Both the position numbers and the translations under genes were made by a program. DNA of 64,000 nt from Actinomycetes bacterium (GTDB lineage: Bacteria; Actinomycetota; Acidimicrobiia; Acidimicrobiales; RAAP-2): positions 1,806 to 65,805 of the forward strand of contig JAJZVL010000003.1 in assembly GCA_021845725.1 (NCBI GenBank). Direction: 5' to 3'. The notes beneath the pieces are model-generated. The model saw nothing but the letters and a program-made list of their open reading frames with translations. It ran no database searches and was not told the origin of the DNA. How positions within the stretch are numbered: position 1 is the first letter of the stretch; each line of letters opens with the position of its first letter. Positions 55,186 to 62,279 of this stretch are shown here, in pieces.

Positions 55186-57543
55186 TCACCGTGGATCAGG
55201 ACCTGGACCCGATCGGTGCTCCTGAGCGGCGCTCTCCTCACCGAGCGAGAGGTAGCTCTCGTCTTCTTGAGCCGTGTGCAGCCGCAGGACGGCGTAGAGG
55301 CCGTAGAGCAGCCCGCGAAGCTCGACGGTGTCCTCCTCGTCGAGACCCTCGGCGCCGACCTCGTCCAAGAGCTGGCCGAGGCGTCGCACCTGGTGGGCGA
55401 TCTCCACGTGCTCACGGCTCATCGGTCCGGTCGGGTTCGCGCCGCCGATCGCCCGGTCGAGCGCGGGGTAGAGCTCCCGGTCCTCTGCCTCCTCGTGGGG
55501 GAGGACCTCGTCGACCAGCAGCCGGTACACCTGGCGCGCCTGCGCCAGGGCAGCGGAGGCGTCGACCGTTCCGAGCGTGTCGGCGACCGCCCGCAGGCGC
55601 TCGGTCACCGCCCGGATGGACGCGTGCTCCTCGCGGAAGCGGCGAGCCAACGCCGAGCCTTCCTCGTCGAGGCGTCCGGGCTCGGGCCCGGGCCGCAGCG
55701 CCCGGAGCGCGTTCAGGATGACCGTCACGTCGATCCCCTCTTGCAAGAGGGCTCCCCACACCGCTGGCAGCCGCCCCAGGCCGGCGGCCGCCATCGCTGC
55801 CAGCGACATGGCCATGCCAGTGACGACGCTCTGGAGGGCGATTCGCCGGGTCCGCGCGGCGATCGAGCGCACCTGGGCGAGCCGGTCGAGCCGGTCGGTC
55901 ATGAGCACCATGTCGGCTGCTTCCGAGCTGACGGTCGCGCCGCGCGCCCCGACCGCCACCCCTACGTCGGCCAGCGCCAGCGCCGGAGCATCGTTGATGC
56001 CGTCGCCGACCATGACGGTTGGCGCGTGCCGCCGTTCCTCACGCACCACGTCGAGCTTCTCGACCGGAGAGCGCTCGGCCATGACCTCGTCCACCCCGAT
56101 CACGGCGCCGACCGTCTCGGCGACCTCGTGGCGGTCGCCGGTCACCATCACGATGCGGTCGATGCCGGCTTGTCGCAGGGCCCGGACCGTCCGGGCCGCA
56201 TCCGTTCTGATCGGGTCCTCGAGGATGAGGACGCCGGCCGGTTCTTCGTCGACCGAGACGAAGACGGTCATGGTGCCGTCGAGCCGGGCTCGGCGGCGCG
56301 CAGCCTTGGCCCACGACGGATTGCCCGTGATGCCCACCCACGCTGCCTTGCCGACCGCGACCGAGCGGTCGCCGACCTTGCCGCGGATGCCCTGTCCCGC
56401 CACCTCCTCGACCGCCTCGGGCAGCACGAGCGGCAGTGCTCGCGCTTCGGCCGCTTTGACCACCGCGCTTGCCAGGACGTGGGGCGACATCTGGTCGAGG
56501 GACGCGGCGAACCCCAGCACTGCGTCGGCGGTGTGGGTCTCGGCCGCGACGACCGACGCCACCTCGGGCCGGCCGGCGGTGAGCGTGCCGGTCTTGTCGA
56601 ACAGCAGGGTCGTGCACGACGCCAGCCGTTCGAGGACACCGCCACCTTTTACGACGATGCCCCGGCGTGCGGCCTGGGAAAGCCCTCCGACCAGGGCGAC
56701 CGGCGCGGCCAGGATGAGCGGGCAGGGAGTGGCGACCACGAGGACCGCGACGGCTCGGACCGCTCCCCCGGCAGCCCAGGCGATCCCGGAGCCGGCCAGG
56801 GTGAGCCCGAGGAACCAGAGCGCATAGCGGTCGGCGAGCCGGACGAACGGCGGCTGTGCCGCCTCGGCTTGCTGGACCAGCCGGACGATCCCCGAGTACG
56901 TGCTCTCTGCAGCGGTCGCGGTTGCCCGGAGATCGAAGGGCGGACCTGCGTTGGCCGACCCGCTACGGACGGGCTCGCGCGCCTCGCGCTCGACAGGGAT
57001 CGACTCGCCGGTCAGGGCCGACTCGTCCAGGACCGCTGCCGACTCGAGGTTCCCGTCGACCGGCACGAGCTCACCAGAGCCGACCATGACCCGGTCTCCG
57101 ACCGTGATCCGCTCGAGGGGAACCGTCTCGAGCCCCGAGCTCGTGTAGCGGTGGGCGATCCGCGGCGAGCGCTCGAGCAGGGCCCGCAGGTCGTGCCGGG
57201 CCCGCCCCGCCGCCCAGGACTCCAGGGCCCGGCCGGTCACGAGCATGGTGCTCACCACTGCCGCGGCCAGTCCCTCCCCGGTCCCAAGGGTTCCGACGAG
57301 GGCGAGCAGGGCGATGAGGTCCACCCCGATCCGCGCTCGTCGCAGGCTGTCGATCATCGTCCACAGGGAGTAGACCGCGCCGAACGCACCCGTGGCGTCC
57401 CACGCCACGTCGCCTCCTGCGGGAAGGCCGGCCATGTGCAGTGCCCCGCCGACCGCCAGCCCGGCCAAAGTCGCTCCCAGGAGCGCGACCGGGTAGCGCT
57501 GGACGAGCGCGGCGCAGCGTGGCCCGATCGAAGGAGTGCTCAC
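55186..57543 (-). CDS. P1B-5 type heavy-metal P-type ATPase with a C-terminal hemerythrin-like domain
   Basis: TPCP in the transmembrane region (VVATPCPLILAAP), DKTGTLT, VTGDRHEVAE, VGDGINDAPALA, and QEGIDVTVILNA in the last TM. No N-terminal CxxC domain. The C-terminal approximately 145 aa carry HHE-type repeats (FREEHASI, LPHEEAEDRELYP, SREHVEIAH, LHTAQEDES). Confidence 0.9.
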   Translation of the reverse strand: MSTPSIGPRCAALVQRYPVALLGATLAGLAVGGALHMAGLPAGGDVAWDATGAFGAVYSLWTMIDSLRRARIGVDLIALLALVGTLGTGEGLAAAVVSTMLVTGRALESWAAGRARHDLRALLERSPRIAHRYTSSGLETVPLERITVGDRVMVGSGELVPVDGNLESAAVLDESALTGESIPVEREAREPVRSGSANAGPPFDLRATATAAESTYSGIVRLVQQAEAAQPPFVRLADRYALWFLGLTLAGSGIAWAAGGAVRAVAVLVVATPCPLILAAPVALVGGLSQAARRGIVVKGGGVLERLASCTTLLFDKTGTLTAGRPEVASVVAAETHTADAVLGFAASLDQMSPHVLASAVVKAAEARALPLVLPEAVEEVAGQGIRGKVGDRSVAVGKAAWVGITGNPSWAKAARRRARLDGTMTVFVSVDEEPAGVLILEDPIRTDAARTVRALRQAGIDRIVMVTGDRHEVAETVGAVIGVDEVMAERSPVEKLDVVREERRHAPTVMVGDGINDAPALALADVGVAVGARGATVSSEAADMVLMTDRLDRLAQVRSIAARTRRIALQSVVTGMAMSLAAMAAAGLGRLPAVWGALLQEGIDVTVILNALRALRPGPEPGRLDEEGSALARRFREEHASIRAVTERLRAVADTLGTVDASAALAQARQVYRLLVDEVLPHEEAEDRELYPALDRAIGGANPTGPMSREHVEIAHQVRRLGQLLDEVGAEGLDEEDTVELRGLLYGLYAVLRLHTAQEDESYLSLGEESAAQEHRSGPGPDPR

Positions 57544-57617
57544 CTGCCCATCCTGACTTGTCGCGACCTGCTATTGACGGGCGAGCCGTCAGGCGACCCG
57601 CCGAGGTGGTCAGCGGC

Positions 57618-58427
57618 TCAGCTCTGGCCCGTGGGCGTGCGCGGTGATCCCTCGAGGTCGATGTGCTGGCGCACCCGGTCCGCGAGCGCTGAGGGGATGA
57701 CGCTATCGGGATCGTGCAAGGAGCCCAGGGAGGTCGTGGCCGCGACGAGCGACCGGTACAGGGGTGGGCACGTGGCGCACCGGGCGAGATGGGCCTCGAG
57801 CGCGGCGCGCTCTGCCGCTTCGAGCTCTCCGTCGACGTAGCTCGACACCTGTCGACGAGCCTCCCAGCAGCTGAGGGGAACGCCAGCGTTCGCCGTTCGC
57901 CGCTGTCCTCCTTGGGCCAGGGCACTCACGAGCATCATCCTTCCTCGTCGGATCCGCTGCTTGGCCGCAGCGACAGAGATGCCGAGCACGCGTGCGACCT
58001 CGTTCGCCGGCCACCCTTCTGCGTCGTGGAGCACCACGGCACTCCGGTAGTGCTGGGGGAGATGGATGAGCGCGTCCCGAAGATCGGCTGCGGACTCCGC
58101 ACGTTCGGCCACGGTCGCGGCGTCGACGCTGTAGCCCTCGTCACGCCAGCGGGTCTCCACGTCTTCGACACTGAGCTCGTGTGCGTGATGGCGAGCCCGG
58201 TCGATCGCCAAATGGTAGAGGACCTGGTGAAGCCAGGTCCGGATCGTCGCCTCGCCCCTGTACTGCTCGCCTCGCTCGAGGGCCCGCACGACGGCGTCAC
58301 CGACGAGGTCCTCTGCCTCCGCCTCGTTGGCCGTGATCGAGCGTGCGTACCGGTACAGCCCAGGGAGCTCCGCCGCCACTTGGGCGGCGAAGCTCCCGCT
58401 CGGCTCGGACGGTCCGTCGGCGACCAC
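57618..58427 (-). CDS. ECF-type sigma-70 factor with a fused C-terminal ZAS-like (zinc anti-sigma) domain
   Basis: Sigma region 2 (DLVGDAVVRALER...TWLHQVLYHLAIDRAR) and region 4 (LPQHYRSAVVLHDAEGWPANEVARVLGISVAAAKQRIRRGR). A 99-aa extension follows with C187-x25-H213-x3-C217-x2-C220 (SCWEARRQV...EAHLARCATCP, 57768-57869). No TM segment. Confidence 0.8.
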   Translation of the reverse strand: MVADGPSEPSGSFAAQVAAELPGLYRYARSITANEAEAEDLVGDAVVRALERGEQYRGEATIRTWLHQVLYHLAIDRARHHAHELSVEDVETRWRDEGYSVDAATVAERAESAADLRDALIHLPQHYRSAVVLHDAEGWPANEVARVLGISVAAAKQRIRRGRMMLVSALAQGGQRRTANAGVPLSCWEARRQVSSYVDGELEAAERAALEAHLARCATCPPLYRSLVAATTSLGSLHDPDSVIPSALADRVRQHIDLEGSPRTPTGQS

Positions 58428-58443
58428 GCGGCCAGTCTTGCGC

Positions 58444-58695
58444 TCAGGCTGCCCGGTGCAAGTGCGAGATCCGGCGCCCTTCGGCGTCGGTGTCCCGAGC
58501 CCCGGTCGTCCGGATCCTCAGAAGGCTGTAGAGGGGGCAGTACCCGCTGGCCGAGGTCACGACCATCACGGCCGCCACTGCGAGCAACACGATGCCCCAG
58601 GCCGTCGTGAAGCCCAGCACACCACTGCCTGCAACCGCCCCTGCTGCCACGACCACCCGGAGGGCTCGGTCCGTCGTTCCCATGTTCCTCTTCAT
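58444..58695 (-). CDS. DUF2892 (YgaP-like) small membrane protein
   Basis: 83 aa. DRALRVVVAAGAV..., two TM segments, and GYCPLYSLL motif. SD AAAGGAG lies upstream of the ATG. Confidence 0.75.
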   Translation of the reverse strand: MKRNMGTTDRALRVVVAAGAVAGSGVLGFTTAWGIVLLAVAAVMVVTSASGYCPLYSLLRIRTTGARDTDAEGRRISHLHRAA

Positions 58696-58742
58696 GGCTT
58701 GCTCCTTTGCTCGAAACGCTCAGAACCAACAACTCATAGACG

Positions 58743-58769
58743 AACGAGCCATGAAAAGAGATACATCCC
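58743..58769 (-). promoter_or_regulatory. Weak candidate ECF (SigR/SigH-like) promoter upstream of the DUF2892-sigma-ATPase genes
   Basis: The minus strand reads GGGAT-N19-GTT in an AT-richer patch approximately 48 nt upstream of ATG 58695. The spacer is 1 nt longer than the classical GGAAT-N18-GTT. Confidence 0.2.
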
Positions 58770-58796
58770 CTCCTCCTGCCCGGCGTCTCCGCCGGC

Positions 58797-60008
58797 TCAC
58801 TCCACCCGCTCGAACACCGCGGCGATCCCCTGTCCGCCGCCGATGCACATCGTCTCGAGCCCGAAGCGAGCCTGTCGGCGGTCCATCTCTCGCAGGAGCG
58901 TGGTGAGGATGCGGCAGCCCGTCGCGCCGATCGGATGACCGAGGGAGATGCCCGAGCCGTGCACGTTCAGGCGCTCGAGCTCGTCGTCGGAGAGCTTCCA
59001 CTCGCGCAAGACGGCAAGCACCTGAGCTGCGAACGCCTCGTTCAGCTCGATCAGGTCCATGTCGGCGAGGGACAATCCTGCGCGGCCGAGCGCCTTGGCG
59101 CTTGCCGGCACGGGCCCGATGCCCATGCGCTCGGGCTCGACGCCGGCGACGGCCCACGAGACGAGGCGACCGAGGGGTCGCAGGCCGAGCTCTTCGGCGA
59201 GGTCTGGATGCGTCACGACGCACACGGCCGCTCCGTCGTTCTGCCCCGAGGCGTTGCCCGCCGTCACGGTCGCCTCGGGATCCTGGCGCTGCAGCACCGG
59301 GCGCAACGCGCCGAGGGCGTCGAGGGTCGTGTCGCCACGCGGATGCTCGTCGGTGTCGACGAGGATCTCCTCGCGACCACGCCGCACCGTCATCGGGACG
59401 ATCTCCTCGGCGAAGATCCCCGCCTTCTGCGCCGCGACGGCGCGTTCGTGGGAACCCAGCGCGAGCTCGTCCTGCTCTCGCCGGCCGATGCCGTACTCGC
59501 GGCGCAGGTTCTCTGCCGTCTCGATCATCCCGCCGGGGATCGGATGGCGAGCCCCTCCGGCCGTCGCTCGGCCGCGAGCCAGGCGGTCGAGCAGCTCCAC
59601 GTTGCCTGCTCTCGATCCCCAGCGCATGGCGGTCGTGTAGTACTCCGCTTGGCTCATGCTCTCCACCCCCCCGGCGAGCACGAGGTCTGCGGCGCCGGTC
59701 TGGACCTCCATCGCCGCATACGCGACGGCTTGGAGACCTGAGCCGCACCGGCGGTCGAGCTGCATGCCGGCCGTCTCGATCGGCAACCCGGCGTCGAGCG
59801 CCGCGAGCCGCCCGATGGCGGGGGACTCGCCGTTCGGGTAGGACTGGCCGAGCACCACATCGTCGACGAGCGCCGGCGGGATCCCGGTGCGTGCCATGAC
59901 GGCGCTGACGACGGCGGTCGCGAGCTCGGCCGGCGGGGTGTCACGGAACGCTCCGCCGAAGGCACCCACGGCCGTGCGCAAGGGCTCGCAGATCACCGCG
60001 TCTCGCAT
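58797..60008 (-). CDS. Acetyl-CoA C-acyltransferase (degradative thiolase, PaaJ/FadA-like)
   Basis: MRDAVICEPLRTAVGAFGG, RRCGSGLQA, NASGQNDGAA, NEAFAAQ, GHPIGATGCRI and CIGGGQGIA. An alternative ATG lies at 60026. Confidence 0.9.
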   Translation of the reverse strand: MRDAVICEPLRTAVGAFGGAFRDTPPAELATAVVSAVMARTGIPPALVDDVVLGQSYPNGESPAIGRLAALDAGLPIETAGMQLDRRCGSGLQAVAYAAMEVQTGAADLVLAGGVESMSQAEYYTTAMRWGSRAGNVELLDRLARGRATAGGARHPIPGGMIETAENLRREYGIGRREQDELALGSHERAVAAQKAGIFAEEIVPMTVRRGREEILVDTDEHPRGDTTLDALGALRPVLQRQDPEATVTAGNASGQNDGAAVCVVTHPDLAEELGLRPLGRLVSWAVAGVEPERMGIGPVPASAKALGRAGLSLADMDLIELNEAFAAQVLAVLREWKLSDDELERLNVHGSGISLGHPIGATGCRILTTLLREMDRRQARFGLETMCIGGGQGIAAVFERVE

Positions 60009-60109
60009 CGTGTCTCCGTGCTGCATGGGATGTTGCTCTCCTCGCTGAATGGGATGGACATGGAAATACCGGTGAGCGCTTGGCTCCTTGGACCATAACC
60101 CCGACGGCC

Positions 60110-62218
60110 TTACGCGGCGCGACGCAGCAGCGCGAGCTCGAACGAAGCCACGACGAGCTCGGCTCCGGCCTCGAGGGGCTGGTTGCCGGGCTCCGGGCCC
60201 CCCGGTGCGGTGGTCCGCAGCTCCTCGACCCAGCTCCTTGCCCAGCGTTGGCCCGGAAGGACGAAGGTCACCTCGACGTCGGCTGCGTTCAAGAGCACGT
60301 AGTAGGTGTCGTCACGGATCCGCTCTCCTCGTGGACCGGGATCGGGGATGGCGTCGCCGTCGAGGAGCATCCCGAGCGCCCGCGCGTAGCCGACCGTCCA
60401 GTCGCTCTCCGCCATCTCCGCCCCGTCAGGGCGGAACCACGCGATGTCGGTCAGCTGGCCACCTCGGATGGCCCGGCCGTGGAAGAAACGACGGCGCCGG
60501 AACACAGGATGGTCGAGGCGCAGACGCACCAGCCGCGCGACGAAGGCGAGCAGCTCGGCGTCGACGTGCTCCCAGTCGAACCACGACAGGGCGTTGTCCT
60601 GGCAGAACGCATTGTTGTTGCCCTGCTGCGTGCGGCCGATCTCGTCTCCGCCGCAGAGCATGGGGACCCCCTGGGAGAGCAGGACCGTGGCCAGGAAGTT
60701 GCGCTGCTGGCGCCGGCGAAGCGACTGGACTTGCGCGTCGTCGGTCGGACCCTCTGCCCCGCAGTTCCAGGAGCGGTTGTCGTCGGTCCCGTCGCGGTTG
60801 TCGAAGCCGTTGGCTTCGTTGTGCTTGCGCTCGTAGCTGACCAGGTCCCTCAGGGTGAACCCGTCATGTGAGGTCACGAAATTGATGCTCGCGTACGGTC
60901 GTCGGCTCTGGGACTCGTAGAGGTCAGAGCTCCCGGTGAGCCGGTAGGCGAGGTCGCCGAGCACGCCGCCGGCCCCGCGCCAGTAGTCGCGCACCGCGTC
61001 TCGGTACTTCCCGTTCCATTCCGACCACAGCGGCGGGAAGTTGCCTACCTGGTAGCCACCGGAGCCCAGGTCCCAGGGTTCTGCGATGAGCTTCAGCTGG
61101 CTCACCACCGGATCGCATTGGATCAGGTCGAAGAAGGCCGAGAGCCGGTCCACCTCGTGGAACTGGCGTGCAAGGCTTGCCGCCAGATCGAACCGAAACC
61201 CGTCGACGTGCATGTCGAGGGCCCAGTAGCGCAACGAGTCCATGATGAGCTGGAGCACGTGGGGGTGGCGCATGTTGAGCGTGTTGCCGGTGCCGGTCGT
61301 GTCGACGTAGTAGCGCGGTTCGCGTTCGTCGAGCCGGTAGTAGGCGGCGTTGTCGATCCCCTTGAAGGAGAAGACGGGCCCGAGGTGGTTGCCCTCGGCG
61401 GTGTGGTTGTAGACGACGTCGAGGATGACCTCGATGCCAGCTTCGTGGAGCGCCTTGACCATGGCCTTGAACTCCTGCACGGCCAAGGTCGGGTCCTTCG
61501 AAGAGCGGTACCCGTTGTGCGGGGCCAGGTAGCCGACCGTGTCGTACCCCCAGTAGTTCGTCAGCCCGCGGTTCACGAGCTCGTGGTCGTCCACGTGCTG
61601 GTGCACCGGGAGCAGCTCGACCGCCGTGACGCCCAGTCTGTGCAGGTACCCGATGGCGGCAGGGTGGGCGAGCCCGGCGTAGGTGCCGCGTAGCTCGGGA
61701 GGGACGTCCGGGTGCGCAGCGGTGAAGCCCTTCACGTGGACCTCGTAGATGACCGTCTCGTGCAAAGGTCGCGCAAGCGGGGCGTCGCGGCCCCAGTCGA
61801 AGTACGGGCTCGTGATCACGGCCTTCGGCATGTACGGCGCAGAGTCGGTGTCGTCGCGGGCGAGATCGTCACCCCCGAACGGATAGGGGTAGAGGGCCGA
61901 GTGCCAGGTCACCGAGCCGTCCACGGCCTTGGCATAGGGATCGAGCAGCAGCTTCGCCGGGTTGCAGCGCACGCCGGAGGCTGCGTCATAGGGCCCGTGG
62001 ACCCTGAAGCCGTAGCGCTGCCCGGGACCTACGCCCGGCAGGTAGCCATGCCAGCAGAACGCGTCCGCCTCGGAGAGCCCGATCCGCGTCTCGACGCCGT
62101 CGGGGTCGAAGATGCACAGCTCGACCGACTCTGCCGCCTCACTGAACAGGGAGAAGTTCGTGCCGGAGCCGTCGTAGGTAGCGCCGAGCGGGTAGGGTGC
62201 CCCGGGCCAGACTTCCAC
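60110..62218 (-). CDS. glgX: Glycogen debranching enzyme
   Basis: VWPGAPYPLGATYDGSGTNFSLFSE, IEVILDVVYNHTAEG, DGFRFDLA, EPWD and FVTSHDGFTLRD. The start is taken as GTG 62218. The 874-aa track ORF is over-extended. Confidence 0.9.
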   Translation of the reverse strand: MEVWPGAPYPLGATYDGSGTNFSLFSEAAESVELCIFDPDGVETRIGLSEADAFCWHGYLPGVGPGQRYGFRVHGPYDAASGVRCNPAKLLLDPYAKAVDGSVTWHSALYPYPFGGDDLARDDTDSAPYMPKAVITSPYFDWGRDAPLARPLHETVIYEVHVKGFTAAHPDVPPELRGTYAGLAHPAAIGYLHRLGVTAVELLPVHQHVDDHELVNRGLTNYWGYDTVGYLAPHNGYRSSKDPTLAVQEFKAMVKALHEAGIEVILDVVYNHTAEGNHLGPVFSFKGIDNAAYYRLDEREPRYYVDTTGTGNTLNMRHPHVLQLIMDSLRYWALDMHVDGFRFDLAASLARQFHEVDRLSAFFDLIQCDPVVSQLKLIAEPWDLGSGGYQVGNFPPLWSEWNGKYRDAVRDYWRGAGGVLGDLAYRLTGSSDLYESQSRRPYASINFVTSHDGFTLRDLVSYERKHNEANGFDNRDGTDDNRSWNCGAEGPTDDAQVQSLRRRQQRNFLATVLLSQGVPMLCGGDEIGRTQQGNNNAFCQDNALSWFDWEHVDAELLAFVARLVRLRLDHPVFRRRRFFHGRAIRGGQLTDIAWFRPDGAEMAESDWTVGYARALGMLLDGDAIPDPGPRGERIRDDTYYVLLNAADVEVTFVLPGQRWARSWVEELRTTAPGGPEPGNQPLEAGAELVVASFELALLRRAA

Positions 62219-62279
62219 GCGTCGCAGCCTAGGAAATTCCCTCCTGCTGCGTCCGGGTGCGAGGTGTGCGTACGCCCTC

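Noticed and set aside
54358-57840. 1160-aa plus-strand ORF, the longest in this region, lying antisense to the P-type ATPase and sigma genes
   Set aside because: It is Arg/Gly/Asp/Pro-rich low-complexity sequence with no recognisable motif. It mirrors a minus-strand gene with complete P-type ATPase motifs. Long open antisense frames are expected at this GC content.
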